Below, piece after piece: positions 1 to 7,865 of a stretch of 7,865 nucleotides of DNA. The translations under genes were made by a program, and so were the position numbers. Position 1 is the stretch's first letter. Each line of letters opens with the position of its first letter. Below the pieces are notes generated by a model. The model was not told where the DNA came from and did no database searches. It saw nothing but the letters and a program-made list of their open reading frames with translations. Origin of the DNA: Rotaria sp. (lineage: Eukaryota); the NCBI GenBank assembly GCA_905250055.1, contig CAJNOF010000081.1:85436-93300 (forward strand), read 5' to 3'.

Positions 1-117
1 CAAGTTAGTAACTGAGTTGAGTTAGTAACTAAGTCAAGTTAGTAACTGAGTTGAGTTAGGAGTCAAGTTAGTAACTAAGTCAAGTTAGTAACTAAGTCAA
101 GTTAGTCACTGAGTTGA
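1..117. repeat. 17-bp minisatellite, about 7 copies, with two alternating variants; probably continues upstream of the window
   Basis: Unit gttagtaact + (gagttga or aagtcaa), starting at 4, 21, 38, 55 (shortened), 67, 84 and 101. Confidence 0.9.
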
Positions 118-357
118 AATATATCAAGTAATAAGATAAGTATGCTCTTCGTTGAAACTAATATGACCGATACTTTTTTCGACGTGTTTTTTTATCACCG
201 TCGTTTAAATAATCGAAGCTGTCAGCAATGCTTTTGAGACAATGCGTAAATAGATTTCAAGTCTATGATAGATATTTAAAAAGCAAGCGCAAGAGATGAT
301 CGCTGAAAATTAGATTGTTGAAGTAAATATTGTGGGTAATAAATGATCGAAAAAATT

Positions 358-506
358 CGGCGATCTTTATTTCGACCATCTTTATATCGGCGATCTTTAT
401 TTCGATGATGTGTATTTCGGCGATCTTTTTTTTCGATTATGTTCCATTCGGCGCGAGTTTCGGCGATCTCACTTTTCGGCGATCTAGCATTCGGCGAAGA
501 GCATTA
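358..506. repeat. Degenerate 15-bp tandem array (cggcgatctttattt)
   Basis: Units begin at 358, 373, 388, 403, 418, 434, 449, 461 (after a 12-nt unit), 477 and 492. Translated, it gives the ISAIF/ISTIF repeats in the 61-aa ORF. Confidence 0.8.
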
Positions 507-573
507 CATTCGTGAGTCACTGCTTATTTTTCTTTCAGCAAATGCTATGCCAATGCACAACGGAAACAGACAG

Positions 574-653
574 GTGAGTGCTCGAAACAGACGACGACGT
601 GTTTTTTTCTTTATGAAAACTTTTTATTGCTTCTTAATATCTTTCTGTTCTAG
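574..653 (+). other. Candidate 80-nt spliceosomal intron
   Basis: Donor CAG|GTGAGT at 571-579. Acceptor region ttcttaatatctttctgttctag| ends at 653, with a polypyrimidine tract and a branch-like cttaat. No adjoining ORF is convincing. Confidence 0.3.
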
Positions 654-933
654 TGTAGAATACTACGTTATTAAAAGGATCCATTTCTTCACAACTTGGA
701 TTTAGTCTCTATCTTCGTACTTGAACTGTACACAACTTTCTACGTGTATTTGATTATGATACAGTTGAAATTTTCCAGCTTGCTCATGTATATATACGTA
801 TGAGCATAGATGTACATGCGATTTAGCTTTACATACAAAAAATCTCCGGTTATTCTTTTAACTATCGTGATTTTCACGATTTTCATATTAAATTAAATGC
901 AAAAAGATACTTATTTTCTTTAATATATATCTT

Positions 934-943
934 CCTACTAAAC
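934..943. repeat. Candidate target-site duplication, left copy (cctactaaac)
   Basis: Exact 10-bp direct match to 1294-1303 on the other side of the palindromic element. Confidence 0.5.
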
Positions 944-1003
944 GGTAAGACGGAATTTCGCCAATAAGAATTTCGCAAACGGAATTTCGACAGTGTCCAT
1001 TTT

Positions 1004-1039
1004 CCAGTGTAATTTCGAAATTTTTCGAAATTACACTGG
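1004..1039. repeat. Perfect short palindrome (17-bp stem, 2-nt loop) in the left arm
   Basis: ccagtgtaatttcgaaa-tt-tttcgaaattacactgg; the identical 36 bp recurs at 1199-1234. Confidence 0.92.
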
Positions 1040-1044
1040 CAATT

Positions 1045-1145
1045 CGACAATAATTATTATTAATGTATTTTTATTGTCGATTTTCCGTCGGATTTTCGAC
1101 ATTAAGAATTTTTCACCCAAAATACATTAATAATAATTATTGTCG
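1045..1145. repeat. Inner inverted repeat nested in the palindromic element (1045-1071 versus 1119-1145)
   Basis: cgacaataattattattaatgtatttt pairs perfectly over 27 bp with aaaatacattaataataattattgtcg, with about 47 bp between the arms. Confidence 0.85.
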
Positions 1146-1198
1146 GAATTCCTACGGAATTTCGACAATAACGGAAATTCGACAATATTGTCGAATTG

Positions 1199-1234
1199 CC
1201 AGTGTAATTTCGAAATTTTTCGAAATTACACTGG
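1199..1234. repeat. Second identical copy of the 36-bp palindrome in the right arm
   Basis: Same 36-bp sequence as 1004-1039, including loop orientation. Confidence 0.92.
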
Positions 1235-1293
1235 AAAATGGACACTGCCGAAATTCCATTGGCGAAATTCTTATTGGCGAAATTCCACAAAAC

Positions 1294-1303
1294 CCTACTA
1301 AAC
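1294..1303. repeat. Candidate target-site duplication, right copy (cctactaaac)
   Basis: Exact 10-bp direct match to 934-943. Confidence 0.5.
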
Positions 1304-1319
1304 ATTACTGCTATCAGCT

Positions 1320-1410
1320 CCAATCGCGAAATGAATGCATTGGTGCCATTAAAAAAAAACCGGATGTACATCAAATACAAAAACTATTAGAAAAAGAAAC
1401 AGTCAGATAG
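1320..1410 (+). pseudogene. Possible 3'-terminal coding exon or gene remnant
   Basis: LQSRNECIGAIKKKPDVHQIQKLLEKETVR* has a more protein-like composition than the upstream part of the 115-aa ORF, which lies in the palindromic element. It ends at TAG 1408-1410, followed closely by AATAAA at 1414-1419. Confidence 0.2.
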
Positions 1411-1750
1411 ACAAATAAAAAGTTCTTACAATATATTTTTAGTTTCCTGACAATGTCGATGCACCGTTACAAGCTATTTTAAAATCTATTTTACTATAAT
1501 TATTTAACGTACTGCGAATCTCAAAATCATTTTTCTCTCTGGTAATCAGGATACAGAAATCCATAAATCCTACATGAAATCCTACCTTGATGTTATGATT
1601 ATTATGTTTTATCGGTAAATTATAAGTAAACTACCACAATTGATTACATTGCTTGTCTGATACTAGTTTTAGTCATTTTTGACGTATAGTGTAGACATTA
1701 CAAGTTAAGTCCATTGTCTACCATTTATATTGTTTTGCTTGTCGAGAGAA

Positions 1751-1785
1751 TTCGTTCTTTTTTTTTTATTGAGCTTTAATTTTAG
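1751..1785 (+). promoter_or_regulatory. Candidate 3' splice acceptor (cis or trans) just upstream of the long CDS
   Basis: ttcgttcttttttttttattgagctttaattttag: a long polypyrimidine tract ending in an AG at 1784-1785, 26 nt before the CDS ATG. Confidence 0.3.
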
Positions 1786-1811
1786 ATAAATTTCGAAGGA
1801 GTAAATGACAA

Positions 1812-4800
1812 ATGGCTGACGAAATTCAAAAAATTAAAAAAGATATAGCTTTAAATAATGCAGTTATATTTATTGGTACAGATGTATCTATGTATACAAC
1901 AAACTTTGAACAAGAAGTGTCTCATTGGAAAGGATTGTTGAAACATGGACTGCAACAATGTTATCGATCAGGATCGATTGGTGACGAAGAATTCGAGGAT
2001 TTCAATGACATATTCCATAGTGACACAGCACAAATTGATGATTATTTGCTTGCTGCCAATCAAATTAAGCATTATTTTCAAATAGAAAATAATAAAACAG
2101 AACCTGATCCTTATACAACATGGTTAAGAGAAACAATAGGGAGTTTAGAAGTTAAAAAACCGGAACTTATTAAAGCTATAGGAGAATTAGAGTGTCCAAT
2201 TCTAACAACTAACTATGATTCATTGCTCGAAGATATACTTAATAAAAAATCATTAACTTGGAATGAATATTATGCTAATGATATTGATGATTTATTGGAG
2301 AATCTTCAAAAATATATTCTACATGTACATGGATATATTGAAGACACAGATAGTATAATTTTCAGTAGCCATGATTATGATCGACTTCTTGATAATGAAT
2401 TTGCACAATCTAAACTGAGAGTATTTATGGAAACAAAAACTCTATTATTTATTGGATATGATGCTGGAATTTCTGATCTAAAATTTTCGAACTTATTAAA
2501 CTGGATATATCATGTAACAGGTAGTAAATCATTGTCAATGTATAAACTTGTTAAATTCAACCAAAATAACACATTTAATCAAATATTCGATGCTTCATTT
2601 TCAACGAATGTTAAAGAAGTTAAATATGGACATAATTCGAAAGATTTACTACAATTTGTTAAGAATCTCAAATCATGTATACCATTAATACGTGAAAGTT
2701 TATCATTTACAGACAAAAAGGAAGCCGTTCGCAAAAAATATTTGAATTATCTTATTAGTGAATATGGATATGTATCCATTTTTGGCTATTCTAATACAAA
2801 TATGAGTTTACCTTTAGAAAGTGTCTATGTAGAATTAAAATTTGATCCAACACATCCATCGATAAAAGCAATGAAAATGTTAGAAATCAATGAAGAATTT
2901 AAGTGTAAACTTTTATCTCCTAGCTTTTTTAATGAGCACGAAAGAAAACAATTGAATAGAGCTATCCTAGAAAAAAATGACTACAATTCTGAAATGCTCT
3001 ATAGAGACATTATGATTGATCAATGGTTAAATGTTTTGTTAAGTAACAAAAATATATTTACTGACAATGAAGCAACTACTATTAAAACTAAGGTGAATCG
3101 ATTAAAAAACAGCATTATAGAAAAAAATAATTTCAAAGAAGCAAAACAATATCGAATCCAAGAAGCATATAATAAATTTAAAAATTTTATAGTCTTAGGT
3201 CATCCAGGTTCAGGTAAAACTACATTATCAAAATGGTTGATTATGAATATGGCTAAACAATGTTTAGGTGAGAAGAATATGTTATTTGATAGTATTTATT
3301 ATAGAACAGAAAAAATACCAATTCTTATTCCCATATGGAAATATGTTGATCAAGTAAAAGAAAATCAGAATAAAAAAAAATCTTGTCTACTTGAATTTAT
3401 TTATGAAAATCCTACTTTTGATTCAATATTTTTCAATGTTGAAGAACGAAAAGAACTATCATCATTGATTAGAGAATCATTAATTAAGGAAAATGTTTTA
3501 GTTATATTTGAAGGCTTAGATGAAGTTCCGGCTTATGTAGATCGATCAGATTTAATGAAAGAAATAAATACATTATTAGAACGAAGCATAGATTATGATG
3601 CAACATATGATAAACTTACTTATTCAATTTATGAACAACATGAAATAAATAATACTAAATGTCCAACTATCGGAAATCGATTTATTATAACAAGTCGTAT
3701 CGAAGGAAATTATTTTGAAGATATAAATTTTTATGTTCCAAGATTAACTATTGAAAATATGTCTAATGATGCTCTTAAATTATTCTGTAGTTCATATATG
3801 AAATGCATTAATCAAATTTCTATGAATACTAGACGAGTTATTGAAGAATGTAATTGTGATCAATTATATAATGATATAACACAAAATAAAGATATATTTC
3901 ATTTGGCGATTAATCCACAATTAGCTAGTGTGATTGCTGCAGTTTATAATCAATATGAAGATAAATTACCAGAGAAAAGAATTGATTTATATGAAAAAGC
4001 TATCGAAAAGATGATAGAACGTTTAGTCACTTCTTATATCGATTCTCCAAAAAATTATCTAGGTAAAGATTTTCAATTAAATGCTACTTTGTTATGGTCA
4101 ATATTACAAGACATAGCTGAATATTTACATAGTAAAGTTGAAGGACTATCAGAAAGCATGTTAAATAAAATAATAAGAAATTGCTTAATAGATTATCAAA
4201 AAGAATCATTGAAGAATTCTCAATTACACATTGATGATTTGACATCGAAACTGGTAGATATTTTTAAATATCAAGCAGGTTTACTTAATGAATTTGGTCA
4301 TAACAGTTTTCGATTTATACATCGTACCTTTCAAGAATATCTCGCCGCTAAAAGTATTATCTATTCTTATGGAATCGAACGATCTGAAAATATTATTTAT
4401 CAAAATATTCATGATAAAATTGGTATTCCAAATTGGCGAGTTCCTCTCAGTATGACACTTGGAATACTAAGTAAAACAGTGGAATATAATGAGTTATTTA
4501 CCAATATTATTACAAGATTGTTAAAAGATGAACATGATATATCTTATCAACAATCTTCTACACTTCTAGTGGTATTCGTCATCATAGATTCATTAAATGA
4601 TATTTACTTCTCATCGACATATACAGAACATAAATTAATTCGAAAATTAGCCGATATATTATTATCTGATTATAAAAATATGTCGGGCTTTTCACGATTA
4701 AAAGGACATCAAGAATTACTTGAATCCTATTTCTTAAAATTGAAAATAAAATATAGTTATACACTTGCACAGTGGTTTATTAAAAAAATAAATTATGAAG

Positions 4801-7800
4801 AAAATATTGCACCATGTGCCAATATTATTTATCAACTAAGATGGTACGCTCCAATATTTCATGAAGTATTTCTAGAAAATTTACATAATGATTCTAGAGT
4901 TTGGAATTGGCCAATCGATTCAATCTTACGATATTATTCAAATAAAATTAAAGATCAAACAATTTTAAAACAATTAAAATTTAAAAGTGAAATAAATAAA
5001 AATTCTAAACTTATCAAATATATCATAAACAATAATGATTGGTTATGTTTAATTACAGCTTTATATGGAGGATATAAAAATTACAATACTGAATCAAATA
5101 TTTCAGAATATTATGAAATAGCTCAATTTCTTGAATTAAGTGATATAGAGAGGGCACCTTTTATTTATTATTATCAAGAAGTTTGGGATAGAGATGATCC
5201 GGCTTATAGTATGGCTGTGTATCTTGACGCAGCAGTACATAAAAAGCGCTGGACTGAAACACCCAAATTTGATATCAATGATATTTACAAAGAATCATTT
5301 TTGACAAATGAAATTCTTCGATTGCTCCACGATGAAAAATCTACAACAGAATTAATCGAAACATTGCACAAACAAATTAAGCATGAAAAATTAAGTAGAA
5401 GGGAAAAAGTAGAAGCATCCATCGCATTAATTGTTTTAGGAGACTTCGACTTCATTAATACTATTATTATAGAAGGCGAAAAAATGTTTATGAAGGGCTT
5501 GAGAAACAGAATAGAACAGCTTATTTCTACATTGAAAGATCCAATAGCAAGATGGTCTGCGCATATTCCTAAATATTTACTTACAATTTATAAAGACATG
5601 AAAGCAAATCCGTTAAAATATAATATGAGTTTTTTACACTATTGCACAATATATTCATCTTTAATAGCTATTAGTGGAGGATTTCCAATTGACACCAAGA
5701 TGTTAGCTGAAACTATAGAAAATGCTGAAGATAAGTATAATTTATATGCAGAATATTTTGCATTTAAGCTCACTGGTGCTGATGATAATTTTCAAAATAA
5801 AATTACTGTACTATGTGATACAGTCATTCCTACAATTAAAGCTGATCACATAATGAATTCATTTTTAAAAATTAATGATGCTGTTCAGATTTATAGACCA
5901 GTTCGAGCATATCCATGGATTACTAACTTGTTTACTTTTAAATTGGATAATCAAGATGATATACCAATAGCATTTTTTAATTGTATAGAGAATATCAATA
6001 CAAATGTACCATATTTAGTAGATTGCATTTCTGAGAATTTCTTCAAGGAAGAATATTTCAATAGAAATCCTGATTTAATTCCATTATTTGTATTATTACG
6101 TTTCGGAATTATGTCAAAAGATCTAGATAAATTTAATATATACGAGCATTTATTACCTGAATTAATGGAAAAATTCGATAAAAAAGAATTTTTATTTGAA
6201 AAAATTCAATCGATGTGTAATCCTTATTATAAATCAAGAGCATTGTATCAATTAGCTACATTCTATGATGAAAAAAGTTATGAACTATTAAATCAATCTT
6301 TTATACTGACAAAAAATATTCAAGAGTCATCTCTAAAATTTCAAGTTTTAGAAAAGATTTTTAGTATTGTTCATTATAAGGAAATTGAACAGAAGCTATT
6401 CATTCAACAAATAGTTGACGAATTAATTTTAACATATGATAATATTGAAGATGTTTATAATCGAATTATTGCATCACTAAGATTATCGTTTTATGGATCA
6501 GGAGAATTTCGAAAGAAATATTTAACCAATGCTTTAGAAACACTTTATCAAATGGATGAAAATGATGACAAAATCAAATTAATTATTAAATTAAAACCAT
6601 TAATTACTATCTATGATGATCTTCTAATCAAGTTTAATGAAATGATAGAAACTCTTAAAAATAAAATGCATCATTATATGGCTAATGCTTATTATGGAAG
6701 AATGTTATTTACTGAAACACGATCGATATTTAATTCAAACATAATTGTAGATCTGAGTGAAGATTTGAAAAATAGAAATGATAAGAATAATATTACAGAT
6801 ATTTCAAATTATAATGAATTACAAGGTTTATTCTTATTGTTTGCTCAATTGAACGACATAAAATTAGTAATTAATAAAACAGAAAGTACAGATCAATTAT
6901 GGGTTCATCTTTTTAAAGATATTAATAATCCATCAACTATAGAAAAAATATTAAATAGCGGTTTACATGATGAAATATTTCTGACACCACAAATAGCCAT
7001 TATTATTGATGAATTGATGCAAAAAGGAAAAGAAGATACTATATCAATTCTTTTCCCTTATATAATAAAACCATTCAATGAAGTATTACCTATTGTCCAG
7101 AAATGGTTTACACAATATAACAACTGTCAAATTAAAAATCTCGCAGCTCTCTTACTTGCAGAAGCCAAGCATGTTTTTGAACCTGCCGTTGATACAATTA
7201 TAAATTTACTCATAAGCGAAAATGATCAAATGAGATATAGAGCTCAACGAATTTTTCAACATCCTGCAAGAGATGTTGAAGTACCTACTAAGAGAATATC
7301 TGTATTAGGAGAAAAAACAATGATAAAGATTCTTGAACATGCTGTTGTGAAAGATTATCTTCCACGAATTCGAGTTTATCTTTTAACGTTTTTCTTCGAT
7401 TTATTATGGGATGATTCTATCGTTTTTTACAGATTATTTCAGCATATGAATCAACTAGAAGATAGAAACTCTACTAGTAATAGAAGAATACATTTTTTCA
7501 ATAGACTTTACTTCATAAATAATTTTACTTGGAAGTCAATAATTGAAATAATGATACAATCATTACATCCATTATACATAGAAAAGTTACTTCATTCAGT
7601 GATGCATTTAGCAAAACGTTCTCAAATTTCAGCAGATGATTGGATTGAATTTTCAAAATTATTAGCAATAACAGATACATCACAATTTAAAGAAAAATTA
7701 TATTTTTTAAATACAGATATAGAAAGAATAGAATTTATTCTTAATGAAGTTTCTGCTTCAACAACTATGGTTGGAAAAACTTATTTTGAAAATCTTGAAT

Positions 7801-7865
7801 CAGTATTAGTCCAACGGACAACCATCAAAGTTGAAAATCTTTCACGGCAAACCTACGACCAAATC
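1812..7865 (+). CDS. SIR2-like / NACHT (STAND NTPase) protein with long C-terminal helical region; partial, open at the 3' end of the window
   Basis: ATG at 1812 ([30 protein letters not shown]...) is preceded by an in-frame TGA at 1806-1808. I found no in-frame stop through 7865 (...[10 protein letters not shown]), 2018 codons. SIR2-like and NACHT hallmark motifs appear in the expected order. No intron is needed. Confidence 0.93.
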   Translation, partial: MADEIQKIKKDIALNNAVIFIGTDVSMYTTNFEQEVSHWKGLLKHGLQQCYRSGSIGDEEFEDFNDIFHSDTAQIDDYLLAANQIKHYFQIENNKTEPDPYTTWLRETIGSLEVKKPELIKAIGELECPILTTNYDSLLEDILNKKSLTWNEYYANDIDDLLENLQKYILHVHGYIEDTDSIIFSSHDYDRLLDNEFAQSKLRVFMETKTLLFIGYDAGISDLKFSNLLNWIYHVTGSKSLSMYKLVKFNQNNTFNQIFDASFSTNVKEVKYGHNSKDLLQFVKNLKSCIPLIRESLSFTDKKEAVRKKYLNYLISEYGYVSIFGYSNTNMSLPLESVYVELKFDPTHPSIKAMKMLEINEEFKCKLLSPSFFNEHERKQLNRAILEKNDYNSEMLYRDIMIDQWLNVLLSNKNIFTDNEATTIKTKVNRLKNSIIEKNNFKEAKQYRIQEAYNKFKNFIVLGHPGSGKTTLSKWLIMNMAKQCLGEKNMLFDSIYYRTEKIPILIPIWKYVDQVKENQNKKKSCLLEFIYENPTFDSIFFNVEERKELSSLIRESLIKENVLVIFEGLDEVPAYVDRSDLMKEINTLLERSIDYDATYDKLTYSIYEQHEINNTKCPTIGNRFIITSRIEGNYFEDINFYVPRLTIENMSNDALKLFCSSYMKCINQISMNTRRVIEECNCDQLYNDITQNKDIFHLAINPQLASVIAAVYNQYEDKLPEKRIDLYEKAIEKMIERLVTSYIDSPKNYLGKDFQLNATLLWSILQDIAEYLHSKVEGLSESMLNKIIRNCLIDYQKESLKNSQLHIDDLTSKLVDIFKYQAGLLNEFGHNSFRFIHRTFQEYLAAKSIIYSYGIERSENIIYQNIHDKIGIPNWRVPLSMTLGILSKTVEYNELFTNIITRLLKDEHDISYQQSSTLLVVFVIIDSLNDIYFSSTYTEHKLIRKLADILLSDYKNMSGFSRLKGHQELLESYFLKLKIKYSYTLAQWFIKKINYEENIAPCANIIYQLRWYAPIFHEVFLENLHNDSRVWNWPIDSILRYYSNKIKDQTILKQLKFKSEINKNSKLIKYIINNNDWLCLITALYGGYKNYNTESNISEYYEIAQFLELSDIERAPFIYYYQEVWDRDDPAYSMAVYLDAAVHKKRWTETPKFDINDIYKESFLTNEILRLLHDEKSTTELIETLHKQIKHEKLSRREKVEASIALIVLGDFDFINTIIIEGEKMFMKGLRNRIEQLISTLKDPIARWSAHIPKYLLTIYKDMKANPLKYNMSFLHYCTIYSSLIAISGGFPIDTKMLAETIENAEDKYNLYAEYFAFKLTGADDNFQNKITVLCDTVIPTIKADHIMNSFLKINDAVQIYRPVRAYPWITNLFTFKLDNQDDIPIAFFNCIENINTNVPYLVDCISENFFKEEYFNRNPDLIPLFVLLRFGIMSKDLDKFNIYEHLLPELMEKFDKKEFLFEKIQSMCNPYYKSRALYQLATFYDEKSYELLNQSFILTKNIQESSLKFQVLEKIFSIVHYKEIEQKLFIQQIVDELILTYDNIEDVYNRIIASLRLSFYGSGEFRKKYLTNALETLYQMDENDDKIKLIIKLKPLITIYDDLLIKFNEMIETLKNKMHHYMANAYYGRMLFTETRSIFNSNIIVDLSEDLKNRNDKNNITDISNYNELQGLFLLFAQLNDIKLVINKTESTDQLWVHLFKDINNPSTIEKILNSGLHDEIFLTPQIAIIIDELMQKGKEDTISILFPYIIKPFNEVLPIVQKWFTQYNNCQIKNLAALLLAEAKHVFEPAVDTIINLLISENDQMRYRAQRIFQHPARDVEVPTKRISVLGEKTMIKILEHAVVKDYLPRIRVYLLTFFFDLLWDDSIVFYRLFQHMNQLEDRNSTSNRRIHFFNRLYFINNFTWKSIIEIMIQSLHPLYIEKLLHSVMHLAKRSQISADDWIEFSKLLAITDTSQFKEKLYFLNTDIERIEFILNEVSASTTMVGKTYFENLESVLVQRTTIKVENLSRQTYDQI
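1845..2690 (+). other. SIR2-like (SIR2_2-type) domain within the CDS; boundaries approximate
   Basis: [10 protein letters not shown] (1860-1889, degenerate GAGxS-type nucleotide-binding motif), TTNYD (2205-2219), HVHG (2322-2333, conserved His), [15 protein letters not shown] (about 2442-2486, equivalent to FxGxxxxDxxF). Confidence 0.88.
2763..2840 (+). other. Pre-NACHT linker motif ([23 protein letters not shown])
   Basis: The [10 protein letters not shown] segment resembles the 'lpLedvYVpL' motif that often precedes NACHT domains in bacterial STAND proteins. Assignment is from memory of family patterns. Confidence 0.45.
3180..4350 (+). other. NACHT NTPase domain with downstream winged-helix-like part; boundaries approximate
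   Basis: Walker [10 protein letters not shown] (3198-3224); Walker [12 protein letters not shown] (3498-3530); sensor-like NRFIITSR (3675-3698); terminal [14 protein letters not shown] (4308-4349), the characteristic FxHxxFQEYLAA motif of NACHT proteins. Confidence 0.93.
4400..7865 (+). other. Long C-terminal alpha-helical, probably repeat-type sensor region (HEAT/ARM or TPR-like), truncated by the window edge
   Basis: Low-complexity-free, Leu/Ile/Lys-rich helical sequence. Two segments look repeat-like: [44 protein letters not shown] (about 6229-6360) and [41 protein letters not shown] (about 7140-7262), the latter HEAT-like. Confidence 0.5.

Larger units (their letters stand above)
944..1293. 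mobile_element. Palindromic MITE-like / foldback non-autonomous element with about 100-bp inverted arms
   Basis: Arm 952-1051 matches the reverse complement of 1187-1286 at about 95 of 100 positions. It is flanked by the direct repeat cctactaaac at 934-943 and 1294-1303. No transposase ORF is present. Confidence 0.75.

Noticed and set aside
1-117. CRISPR array
   Set aside because: Units are contiguous 17-bp tandem repeats with no unique spacers.
330-515. 61-aa ORF (MWVINDRKNSAIFISTIF...)
   Set aside because: It starts at a TTG and is mostly the translation of the 15-bp tandem array. No independent coding evidence.
439-705. 88-aa ORF
   Set aside because: It crosses the repeat array and the candidate 80-nt intron, with low-complexity residues (RRRRVFFF). 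Probably chance.
944-1293. Intrinsic bacterial terminator or attachment site
   Set aside because: Far too long and AT-rich, with nested arms and candidate TSDs. The context fits a non-autonomous eukaryotic element better.
1102-1380. 92-aa minus-strand ORF
   Set aside because: It is the reverse reading of the palindromic element, and the similarity to the plus-strand ORF (NSIG/RNSVG) follows from the inverted repeat.
1063-1410. 115-aa ORF as a complete gene
   Set aside because: Most of it lies inside the palindromic element and its sequence reflects the inverted repeats. Only the last 30 or so residues look possibly coding.
4582-4770. 62-aa minus-strand ORF
   Set aside because: Antisense to the strongly supported SIR2-NACHT frame, with AT-driven composition.
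1812-7865. Bacterial operonic SIR2-STAND defence island
   Set aside because: No neighbouring bacterial genes or ribosome-binding site arrangement, and the flank contains a MITE-like element, minisatellites and splice-like signals. A bacterial source cannot be fully excluded without more flanking sequence.

Overview
The window is AT-rich and looks eukaryotic; the lineage is uncertain, and a bdelloid rotifer is my best guess. Its main content is one very long uninterrupted reading frame on the + strand, 1812 to 7865. It is open at the window edge, covers at least 2018 codons, and is absent from the supplied ORF track, presumably because it has no stop inside the window. The frame encodes an N-terminal SIR2-like domain ([23 protein letters not shown]), then a NACHT-type STAND NTPase ([42 protein letters not shown]), then more than 1000 residues of mostly helical, probably repeat-type sequence. 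This is the layout of bacterial SIR2-STAND defence proteins, here apparently in a eukaryotic setting. The first 1.8 kb is a non-coding or degraded region. It holds a 17-bp minisatellite (1-117), a 15-bp degenerate tandem array (358-506), candidate splice signals, and a nested palindromic MITE-like or foldback element (about 944-1293) with a candidate 10-bp target-site duplication. The small ORFs in the track appear mostly spurious.
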